DNA of 64,000 nt from Candidatus Bathyarchaeia archaeon (lineage in GTDB: Archaea; Thermoproteota; Bathyarchaeia; Bathyarchaeales; Bathycorpusculaceae), in the NCBI GenBank assembly GCA_038883775.1, contig JAVZLM010000007.1, forward strand, positions 90,589-154,588. The letters run 5' to 3'. The notes under the pieces were generated by a model. It was not told the DNA's origin, ran no database searches, and saw only the letters and a program-made list of their open reading frames with translations. The first letter of the stretch is position 1; each line of letters begins with the position of its first letter. The position numbers and the translations under genes are program-made. Shown piece after piece: positions 56,167 through 64,000 of this stretch.

Positions 56167-56559
56167 CTAGCTGTCACCTAAAATGCCAGAGTCATTTTTA
56201 GCTGTAGATATAAGCCATTCCGTGAGTTTCTCGCAGCTTTGGGGCGAAATTGCGCTTGATGGGTCGCATCTGGTGCTGTCTGGACACTTTAAGCATGGAA
56301 CATCCGCTATGGAATCTATTGACGCTGGAACCCTTCTTGGATAAAGCCTATAAGTCCACCTTCCATCACGAAGTTCCCTTTCTCGGCGAATAAGCTTCTT
56401 GTCTTCGAGTTTTAGGGCTATCCTTGAGCCTTCTCTGCTGCTTGCTCCAAGTTTTCGCCACAATTCTGACTGGAGCACACCTTCAAAGCCCGTATTCATT
56501 ATGTATTGGAGGGCTTTCTGCTCTAAATCATTGCGTTTCGGCATTTTCACCAGTTCCAC
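56167..56559 (-). CDS. TFE-beta (RPC34/hRPC39-like): winged helix plus 4Fe-4S domain
   Basis: GVLQSELWRKLG.SSREGSRI winged helix; PCLKC-x5-C-x10-C..L.EW; probable ATG at 56544. Confidence 0.85.
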   Translation of the reverse strand: MELVKMPKRNDLEQKALQYIMNTGFEGVLQSELWRKLGASSREGSRIALKLEDKKLIRRERELRDGRWTYRLYPRRVPASIDSIADVPCLKCPDSTRCDPSSAISPQSCEKLTEWLISTAKNDSGILGDS

Positions 56560-56643
56560 ACATTAACACCATATAATATACGCAATTTTAAATAAAAAGA
56601 TGTATGTTCAAGTTTATAGAAAATTATAATGAAGGATAGGTAA

Positions 56644-57666
56644 ATGAAGAAAAAGAATGCTGGCGAACACTATTGCTTAGGAATAGAATCCACAGCAGAT
56701 GACTTCAGCGTTGGAATAGCAACATTTAATGGTGAAATTTTAGCCAACATCATAAGCGCTTACATCCCAGAAAAAGGCGGTATCCACCCAAGAGAAGCTG
56801 CAAGACACCATGCTGAAGTTGCAAGCCAAGTCCTTGAAGAAGCTTTCCGAAAATCTGGATTAAAACCACGGGAGTTATCAGTAATAGCATTCTCCCAAGG
56901 ACCAGGATTAGGTCCTTGCCTCCGCACAGGTGCAACCGTAGCCCGTGCATTAGCCTCATATCTAAACCTTCCCCTCGTGGGGGTTAACCATTGCATAGCG
57001 CATATTGAAATTGGAAAATTAACAAAGCATGTCAAGGACCCAGTTACGCTTTATGTTTCTGGCGGAAACACCATCGTTTCAGCCTTTGATTCTGGACGTT
57101 ACAGGGTTTTCGGCGAAACATTGGATATAGCTTTAGGAAACTGTTTAGACGCGTTCGCCATAGAAGCTGGACTTCGTCAAAGCCATGGCATGCCTTTCGG
57201 CGCCATGGTGGAAAAACTTGCAAGAAAAGGGAAAAAACTGATTCCTTTGCCATACACCGTTAAGGGTATGGACACTTCCTTTAGTGGCTTATTGACAGCA
57301 GCGGTTAACTTGCTCAAAAGAGGTGAGTATAGGCTTGAGGATTTATGTTATAGCCTTCAAGAAACAGCCTTTTCCATGGTTACGGAGGTTACTGAAAGAG
57401 CCTTAGCCCATACAGAGAAAAAAGAGGTTCTACTAACTGGTGGGGTGGCTGCCAACAAAAGATTACAGTCCATGGTTGAGGCTATAGCAGAAGAACACAA
57501 TGCAAAATTTTGTGTGGTGCCAAGCGAATTCGCCGTTGACAATGGAGCCATGATTGCATGGACTGGAGTGTTAGCCTACAAAAGTGGTTTAGTTACACCT
57601 ATTGAGAAAAGCTTTGTAAAGTTAAAGTGGCGTTTGGATGAAGTTGAGGTTTCATGGGTGAAATGA
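56644..57666 (+). CDS. kae1: KEOPS t6A synthase Kae1
   Basis: LGIESTA, GGIHPREAA, GPGLGPCL, VNHCIAHIE, SGGNT and DNGAMIA motifs. Confidence 0.97.
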   Translation: MKKKNAGEHYCLGIESTADDFSVGIATFNGEILANIISAYIPEKGGIHPREAARHHAEVASQVLEEAFRKSGLKPRELSVIAFSQGPGLGPCLRTGATVARALASYLNLPLVGVNHCIAHIEIGKLTKHVKDPVTLYVSGGNTIVSAFDSGRYRVFGETLDIALGNCLDAFAIEAGLRQSHGMPFGAMVEKLARKGKKLIPLPYTVKGMDTSFSGLLTAAVNLLKRGEYRLEDLCYSLQETAFSMVTEVTERALAHTEKKEVLLTGGVAANKRLQSMVEAIAEEHNAKFCVVPSEFAVDNGAMIAWTGVLAYKSGLVTPIEKSFVKLKWRLDEVEVSWVK

Positions 57667-58319
57667 AACCCGTATTAATTAAGAAGGGAGCAGAAGCCAG
57701 CCTTTACCTTGCAGATTGGCATGGCAAAAAGGCTGTATTGAAAAAGCGTTTGGCTAAAAAGTATCGCCCAAAATTTTTGGATGAACAGATTAGAGTTTAT
57801 AGGACAATCCACGAGCCGCAGTTGATGCATGAAGCAAAAATGGCCGGGGTGCCAACACCAACAATTTTCCTTGTCGACATAAAAAATGCTACTATAACAA
57901 TGGAGTTTATTGAAGGAAGGCAAGTTAAACAGTTGTTAGGCAAAGCTTCAAAAGAGAAAAGAGGAGAGTTGTGCCTAAAAATTGGTGAGTTAATAGGTAG
58001 GCTTCATGAGAATGGGATAATTCATGGCGATTTAACCACATCCAACATGATTTTGACGCGAGAAGGAAAAATTTTCTTTGTCGATTTTGGACTCGGCGAA
58101 AAGAGTAAAGAGTTGGAAGCTAGGGGGGTTGATTTGCATCTTATGAAAAGGGCTCTCCAAAGCACCCATTTTCGCTTTACTGAAGAATGTTTTAACGCCA
58201 TAATCCACGGATATACTAAAATTGTGGGATCTGAAACTGCAAAAAACATTTTAGAGAAGATAAAGGAGATAGAGCGAAGAGGGAGATACGTAGCCGAAAG
58301 AAAAAGGGAAACCACATGA
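57663..58319 (+). CDS. bud32: KEOPS kinase Bud32
   Basis: GAEA, HGDLTTSN, DFGL, VDLHL and RGRY motifs. Confidence 0.96.
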   Translation: MKPVLIKKGAEASLYLADWHGKKAVLKKRLAKKYRPKFLDEQIRVYRTIHEPQLMHEAKMAGVPTPTIFLVDIKNATITMEFIEGRQVKQLLGKASKEKRGELCLKIGELIGRLHENGIIHGDLTTSNMILTREGKIFFVDFGLGEKSKELEARGVDLHLMKRALQSTHFRFTEECFNAIIHGYTKIVGSETAKNILEKIKEIERRGRYVAERKRETT

Positions 58320-58903
58320 GTTTTAGGTTAGAAGGTAAATTCATATTCTTCGCCACAAACAACATCAACAAATTTAACGAAGCCCGCAAAGTATTAGCCG
58401 AATACAAAATTGCCATTGGCATGCTAAGGATTAAAACTTTTGAAATCCAAAGCGAAAGCCTAGAAGAAATCGCCAAAGCAAGCGCCATTGAGGCTTTCAA
58501 AAAATCCAATTTGCCAGTCATCACAGAAGATGCTGGATTATTCATAGAGGCATTAAATGGATTTCCAGGACCATACGCTGCTTACGTGTACAAGGCTATA
58601 GGAAATAAGGGGATTTTGAAGCTTATGGAAAATGTTAAGAACAGAAAGGCAAAGTTTCAGTCGGTTATAGCCTATTGCGCTTCAGAACGGGAATTGCCAT
58701 TGTGTTTTATTGGGGAGGTTGTTGGCGTAATAACCAGAGAAGAGCGTCGAGGAAATTCTGGTTTTGGCTTTGACCCCATTTTTGAACCATTAAGTGGTGG
58801 AGGAAAAACTTTTGCTGAGATGACGGTTGAGGAGAAAAATAGATATTCGCATAGGGCTGACGCTTTGAGAAAGTTTGCCGAATGGTATAAAGGAAAATGT
58901 TAA
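58316..58903 (+). CDS. Non-canonical purine NTP pyrophosphatase (Ham1/RdgB)
   Basis: FATNN..K, EDAGL, GFPGPY, GFGFDPIF and SHR motifs. Confidence 0.96.
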   Translation: MSFRLEGKFIFFATNNINKFNEARKVLAEYKIAIGMLRIKTFEIQSESLEEIAKASAIEAFKKSNLPVITEDAGLFIEALNGFPGPYAAYVYKAIGNKGILKLMENVKNRKAKFQSVIAYCASERELPLCFIGEVVGVITREERRGNSGFGFDPIFEPLSGGGKTFAEMTVEEKNRYSHRADALRKFAEWYKGKC

Positions 58904-58949
58904 TAAAACAAAATAAGAGTTTGACTTTAATTATAACATGGTGATTTAA

Positions 58950-59507
58950 ATGACCGAGAAATCTATGGGATCATCTGAAGGATTTCAATTAGCTATACCA
59001 AGAGAGATAGTCATAGCGCCCAATGAAAAGGTACTTATGGTTTTGGAAAGAACCTACATATCCTTCGTTACCATAGCGACTGTTGGGCTTCTCGTAATTG
59101 CAGGAGCACTATTAATTCTAAACTTTGCTATTCCCAAAGAAAACCAGTGGGTTATGTTTCCATTGGCTTTGTTTTTCTTCGTAATTCTTCCGCCTCTCCT
59201 TTATGGTTTGGGCTACATTTACGTTAAGGGACACCGCTACATAATCACGAATGAAAGGATTATAATGTTCAGAAAATTCATTGGTATTCTGCTGAGAACG
59301 GTTACTCATGATAAGATAACAGATCTAATCGTGAATCAGGGACCAATCGGTAGGATTTGCAATTATGGAAGAGTTTCTCCAATAACAGCTGGGATGGTAA
59401 TGCCCATGGGAGCCGCCATATTCTCCATTTCTGGCGTGCGAAACCCATACGAGGTTAGGGATAGTATAGCGAAGTTGGTGAAAGCTAAACAGCCAGAGGA
59501 GCAATAG
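58950..59507 (+). CDS. Membrane protein with bacterial-type PH domain
   Basis: Two TM helices, then YIITNERII...KITDLIVNQGPIGRICNYGRV. Confidence 0.8.
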   Translation: MTEKSMGSSEGFQLAIPREIVIAPNEKVLMVLERTYISFVTIATVGLLVIAGALLILNFAIPKENQWVMFPLALFFFVILPPLLYGLGYIYVKGHRYIITNERIIMFRKFIGILLRTVTHDKITDLIVNQGPIGRICNYGRVSPITAGMVMPMGAAIFSISGVRNPYEVRDSIAKLVKAKQPEEQ

Positions 59508-59512
59508 AAGTA

Positions 59513-60088
59513 ATGACTGTTGAGGAGACTGTTCCGCCTCAAGTTTCATTGCTTAAGGATGAGAAAATAATAATGAGGTTGCAGAGGCGTTATGCATCCA
59601 TTTTTACATCTATTTTATCCTTCATGGCAACCGCACTTTTAGTAAGCTTTGGATCAATCGTTAGAAATCTTGCCCAATACTCTCAACCTTTGGAAGCTTA
59701 CTTTTGGTTTTTCATTTACTCAATCATAATTGGATTTGCGATTTTCTTTGCATTGATGGCTTTGGTTGGATACTTTTACGTTCGAGGACACCTCTATATT
59801 CTAACTAACCGCCGTATCATACTTTTTAGAAAATTTATCACTATCTCGGTTAGGGAAATCGCCTACTCGGAAATCACAGATATCATCCTAAACCAAGGTC
59901 CAATCGCCAGAGTCCTTAATTATGGTTCCATAACGCCCTTAAGCCCTGGCGTCCGAGGATTTTATGCCGTTCCATATCCTTACATGAGGCGCTCTACCTA
60001 TTCAAGAGTGGAGCTTAAAGATGTTAGTCAACCTTCAAAGGTTATGAATGAGTTGTTTACTTTGGTTCGTTTTCATAGGTCAACCTAA
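59513..60088 (+). CDS. Membrane protein with bacterial-type PH domain (tandem paralog)
   Basis: Two TM helices, then YILTNRRII...EITDIILNQGPIARVLNYGSI. Confidence 0.8.
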   Translation: MTVEETVPPQVSLLKDEKIIMRLQRRYASIFTSILSFMATALLVSFGSIVRNLAQYSQPLEAYFWFFIYSIIIGFAIFFALMALVGYFYVRGHLYILTNRRIILFRKFITISVREIAYSEITDIILNQGPIARVLNYGSITPLSPGVRGFYAVPYPYMRRSTYSRVELKDVSQPSKVMNELFTLVRFHRST

Positions 60089-60155
60089 ACCTTGACATCG
60101 AAGGTTTTAAATATTCGTCTAACCTCGCTCATACCACGCTAAAAAGGGAATAAGG

Positions 60156-60596
60156 ATGCCAAAACAAGAAAAAGGAAAATCTCACCAAGTAAGACCAGTA
60201 AGCAAACGCCCTCCAAGCTGGTGCAAATACCAACCAGAAGAAGTGGAAGCATTAGTGATTAAACTGGCGAAGGAAGGAAATTCTCCAAGCCGGATAGGAA
60301 CAATCCTTAGAGACCAATACGCAATTCCCCTTGTAAAGCCAATAACAGGGAAAACAATAACAAAAATCCTTAAAGACGCGGGGCTTGCGCTAGTCATGCC
60401 AGAAGATTTGGCAAGCATGCTGAAAAAGGCTGAAAGCCTCGCAACACACTTGGAGAGGAACAAGAAGGATTTGCATAATAAAAGAGCGCTTCAAATTTTA
60501 GAAGCGAAAATTCACAAGCTCTCACGCTATTATAAGCGGGAAGGGGTTTTGCCGCCAAACTGGAAATATGAGCCAAAAATAGCCTCAATAACTTAG
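60156..60596 (+). CDS. rps15: 30S ribosomal protein S15 (uS15/S13e)
   Basis: IGTILRDQY, PEDL, KDLHNKRAL and LPPNWKY motifs. Confidence 0.96.
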   Translation: MPKQEKGKSHQVRPVSKRPPSWCKYQPEEVEALVIKLAKEGNSPSRIGTILRDQYAIPLVKPITGKTITKILKDAGLALVMPEDLASMLKKAESLATHLERNKKDLHNKRALQILEAKIHKLSRYYKREGVLPPNWKYEPKIASIT

Positions 60597-60663
60597 TTAG
60601 CTACTTCTCCGCCTTTGCATGAAGCGGTTTAAATCTTTAAATAATTTGGCTTCTTAGCCTAAA

Positions 60664-62121
60664 GTGATTGCCATGGCAGAAAAAGACTCCATAGCGGAGT
60701 TTTTGAAATCAGCAGCACAAGCAGCTAAAGCGATTCTAGAAACTGTAAAGGAAGACGGGTTCATACAGGTTTTTTCCCATTTAGATGCTGATGGTGTGGC
60801 TGCGGCTGGAATTATTGGAAAAGCCTTGTTTAGGCTTGACGCAAAGTTTCGAATTCGCATAACTCAATGGATTGATGAAAAAGTTTTTGCAGAAATCCAT
60901 TCAGAAAAACCCCAAATGATAATTTTATCAGACTTTGGAAGCGGCTACATTGATTTTTTGAATGATAAGCTTTCAGACTTTAAGATTATCGTTTTGGATC
61001 ACCACCAAATCGTAGGAGAAGAAAATCAAAACATTGTGCATGTGAATCCCCATTCTTATGGGATTGATGGAGCTCGCGACATTAGCGGTGCTGGTGTGGC
61101 TTATTTTGTCACCAAAGCAATCGATAAGGAAAACGTGGATTTGGCGCCAATAGCTATTGTTGGAGCCCTCGGAGATTTGCAGGATAAGTATGACCAACGA
61201 AAGCTTGGTGGAGTTAATGAAAAAATAGTTGAGGATGCCGTAAAGACTGGGCTTTTGACAGTTGAGAAGGATCTGATATTTTTTGGTAGGGAAACCCGTC
61301 CCATTCATAAGACACTGGCTTCTACAACAAACCCCTTTATTCCAGGCATAAGCGGCGAAGAAGACAAAAGTTTGGCTTTTTTGGCAAGTTTGGATATTAA
61401 ACCAAAATTTGGCGAAAAATGGCGGGCTTTAAGAGACCTTTCAGACGATGAAAAGAAACGATTGTGCTCAGCTTTGGCAGATTATTTACTTTCGAAGGGT
61501 TTACGCTATGAAGTTACGAACTTGATTGGGCATGTTTACACTTTAACCCGTGAAGAGCCTTGGACTCCGCTTAGAGATGCGAGGGAATTTGCTGTTCTGT
61601 TAAATGCTACTGGACGTATGGAAAAACCAAGCTTAGGCGTAGCTATATGCATGGGCGACCGAGGCTCTGCATTGGAAGAAGCAAACAAGGTTTTGGAGGA
61701 GTATAGGCGAACAATAAACAAGTATCTTGGATGGGTTATGGAGAAGGCTGAAAGGATGAGGGAAATGGAAAACATTTACGTTGTCCACGGCGAGAACTTC
61801 ATAAACGAAAAAATTGTGGGCGCCATCTCCTCTATACTCGCAACAAGCCTCCCAAACCCAGAAAAACCATTAATCGCATACGCAAACGTTGAAGAGGAAG
61901 GCTTGGCGAAATTTTCAGCAAGAACCATAGACATCATGACAAACAAGGGCATAAACCTAGGCGAAGTAATGCAAATAGCAGCAGAAAAATGCCTAGGAAA
62001 CGGAGGCGGACACAATATTGCTGCTGGAGCACAAGTTCCTATAGAAAATGTTGATACTTTCATTAAAGTTGTTAACGAACTTGTGGGAAAACAGTTGAGG
62101 GGTGAGAAAGTTAGAAGCTGA
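60664..62121 (+). CDS. DHH family phosphoesterase (archaeal RecJ/Cdc45-like)
   Basis: HLDADG, SDFG, LDHH, GALGD, NATGR and GGGH motifs. Confidence 0.92.
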   Translation: MIAMAEKDSIAEFLKSAAQAAKAILETVKEDGFIQVFSHLDADGVAAAGIIGKALFRLDAKFRIRITQWIDEKVFAEIHSEKPQMIILSDFGSGYIDFLNDKLSDFKIIVLDHHQIVGEENQNIVHVNPHSYGIDGARDISGAGVAYFVTKAIDKENVDLAPIAIVGALGDLQDKYDQRKLGGVNEKIVEDAVKTGLLTVEKDLIFFGRETRPIHKTLASTTNPFIPGISGEEDKSLAFLASLDIKPKFGEKWRALRDLSDDEKKRLCSALADYLLSKGLRYEVTNLIGHVYTLTREEPWTPLRDAREFAVLLNATGRMEKPSLGVAICMGDRGSALEEANKVLEEYRRTINKYLGWVMEKAERMREMENIYVVHGENFINEKIVGAISSILATSLPNPEKPLIAYANVEEEGLAKFSARTIDIMTNKGINLGEVMQIAAEKCLGNGGGHNIAAGAQVPIENVDTFIKVVNELVGKQLRGEKVRS

Positions 62122-62356
62122 AATAACGATTGAATATGAGGATGAGGAGACTGCCAAAGCCATAGCCAGAGCGGTTTCGCCGGACAATTTTAAAACGCCG
62201 ACCGGATTAGCCATCAAAACATTTCAAGAGAAAAATAGAGTTATCACGAGAATAGCGTGTAGGAGAAAGCTTCCGACATTCATAGCCACAATTGACGATT
62301 TGCTCTTTTGCACATCAACCGCGGAAAAGACGATTCAGATGACAAAGAAGCTTTAG
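62102..62356 (+). CDS. pcc1: KEOPS subunit Pcc1
   Basis: AVSPDN, ATIDDLL; conserved position after rps15-DHH. Confidence 0.8.
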   Translation: MRKLEAEITIEYEDEETAKAIARAVSPDNFKTPTGLAIKTFQEKNRVITRIACRRKLPTFIATIDDLLFCTSTAEKTIQMTKKL

Positions 62357-62504
62357 CCGTAGCAATTTCTCGGATAGTCAAATTTTGGCTGTTTTCCTTT
62401 GCTAAATTCGTAGCCCCCTCTCTATATTTTTGACAAAACTGTCATTCTTCAAGAAAGGTAAAAATATCGATTTAAGCTAAAGTTAGAAGGTTGCGTGTGA
62501 AAAG

Positions 62505-63794
62505 ATGTTGGACATTAAACTCATCCGTGAAAACCCAGAATTCGTAAAGAACAACTTAATGAAGAGGGGAGACCCAGAAAACATTAGAATGCTTGATGCC
62601 CTAATCGAGTATGATGGGAAATGGCGGCAGAGTTTAACTAAGCTAAATGAGTTGCGCCATGAAAGAAAGTTAATAACGACTGAAATTGCAGCTTTAAAAA
62701 AGAAGGGGAAAGATGCGGCAGAAGAAATTGCAAAAGGAAAAGCCATAGACGCAGAAATCACAATGTTGGAAAAACAAGTGTCTGAGTATGAAGAGAAGGT
62801 TCGCTATCATTTAATGCGCCTCCCAAACCTGTTACACGAGTCAGTTCCCTTCGGAAAAGATGAAAATGATAATGTTCCCATAAGGACTTGGGGGAAAATC
62901 CCAAAATTCAGCTTCCCCATTAAAGACCATATAGATTTGGGCTTAAGCCTTGACATAATGGATATCGAAAGAGCTGGAAAAATCGCTGGAGCCAGATTCT
63001 TCTACTTAAAAAATGACGGCGTATTGTTAGATATGGCTTTAATGAATTTCGCATTACAGGAAATGGTCAACAGGGGCTATAAGCCAATAGAACCGCCTTT
63101 TCTCATGCGAAGAAAACCCTACGAGGGTGTAGTAGCCCTAAGCGATTTTGAAGACGTCCTATACAAAATTGAAGACGAAGACCTTTACCTTATCGCCACT
63201 TCAGAGCATCCCATGGCAGCAATGTTTATGGATGAAGTTTTGCTGGCGGATGAGCTACCACTCAAACTTGTTGGAGTTAGCACAAACTTTAGGAAGGAGG
63301 CTGGAGCCCACGGCAAAGATACTCGTGGAATTTTTCGAACCCACCAATTTAACAAGATTGAACAGTTTGTTTTCTGCAAACCAGAAGACTCATGGAAAAT
63401 TCACGAGGAACTCGTAAAAAACGCTGAAGAACTCGTGCAAAAGCTTGGTTTACCATACCGCGTTGTAAACTGTTGCACCGGCGACATAGGAAAAGTGGCA
63501 GCAAAAAAATATGACATAGAGGCCTGGATGCCAGCACAAAACGCCTATCGCGAAATAATTTCATGCAGCAATTGCACCGATTACCAAGCGAGAAGGTTAA
63601 ACATAAAATACAGAGAGAGGGAGGGCGAATCGCCAAAGGGTTTTGTGCACACTTTAAACTCTACAGCCATAGCTACTGGAAGAACAATTGTTGCCATTCT
63701 TGAGAATTACCAGCAGGAAGACGGTTCAGTTATCGTCCCAGAAGTTCTAAGAAAATATATGGGAGGCATAGCAAAAATAGAGCCGAAACGGTAA
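62505..63794 (+). CDS. serS: Seryl-tRNA synthetase
   Basis: LIATSEHP, FRKEAG, HQFNKIEQ, SCSNCTDYQARR and HTLNST motifs. Confidence 0.97.
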   Translation: MLDIKLIRENPEFVKNNLMKRGDPENIRMLDALIEYDGKWRQSLTKLNELRHERKLITTEIAALKKKGKDAAEEIAKGKAIDAEITMLEKQVSEYEEKVRYHLMRLPNLLHESVPFGKDENDNVPIRTWGKIPKFSFPIKDHIDLGLSLDIMDIERAGKIAGARFFYLKNDGVLLDMALMNFALQEMVNRGYKPIEPPFLMRRKPYEGVVALSDFEDVLYKIEDEDLYLIATSEHPMAAMFMDEVLLADELPLKLVGVSTNFRKEAGAHGKDTRGIFRTHQFNKIEQFVFCKPEDSWKIHEELVKNAEELVQKLGLPYRVVNCCTGDIGKVAAKKYDIEAWMPAQNAYREIISCSNCTDYQARRLNIKYREREGESPKGFVHTLNSTAIATGRTIVAILENYQQEDGSVIVPEVLRKYMGGIAKIEPKR

Positions 63795-63844
63795 AACTTT
63801 TAATACTCAGATGCGAATTTTCAAGCTACATTTGGAGGATAACT

Positions 63845-64000
63845 GTGTCTTCAAAAACAAAACGTGTAAGAGATAAATGGCGAAGCAAATCCTGGTACAC
63901 AACAATTGCTCCACCATACTTTGGTAATGTGGAACTTGGAAGCGTGCCAGCAGACGAACCAGAAAAACTCATTGGGAGAGTTATTGATTCAACGCTTTAT
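63845..64000 (+). CDS. rps3ae: 30S ribosomal protein S3Ae (eS1), truncated by the window end
   Basis: GTG after GGAGG; MSSKTKRVRDKWRSKSWYTTIAPPYFG...LIGRVIDSTLY. Confidence 0.92.
   Translation, partial: MSSKTKRVRDKWRSKSWYTTIAPPYFGNVELGSVPADEPEKLIGRVIDSTLY

Noticed and set aside
62357-62504. Structured RNA leader upstream of serS
   Set aside because: Only short imperfect inverted repeats; no recognisable RNA motif.

Overview
A gene-dense archaeal chromosomal window, most likely Bathyarchaeia (TACK). The evidence is eS25/eS26/eS17/uS15/eS1 ribosomal proteins, an HMf-type histone, TFE-beta, Rpo6, thermosome, proteasome beta, KEOPS genes, tetraether synthase and HdrABC. No rRNA, tRNA, CRISPR array or intact transposase was found. 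The most notable items are: (1) a TrpY / TRP-box array / trpB2 / minimal SerK-like (ParB-Srx fold) module that looks like a regulated phosphoserine-dependent indole-salvage route to tryptophan; (2) an HdrA carrying an inserted NAD(P)H-binding GltD-like module, with hdrCB and an acyl-CoA dehydrogenase downstream and no mvhD; (3) etfBA divergent from an LhgO-like flavoprotein plus korABC; (4) a ~47 bp dispersed intergenic repeat whose two copies both lie next to decayed coding remnants; (5) two genes whose best start codon is ACG; (6) a COG2403 protein that resembles arginine synthetase ArcE. All product calls come from motif recognition by eye; no database searches were run.
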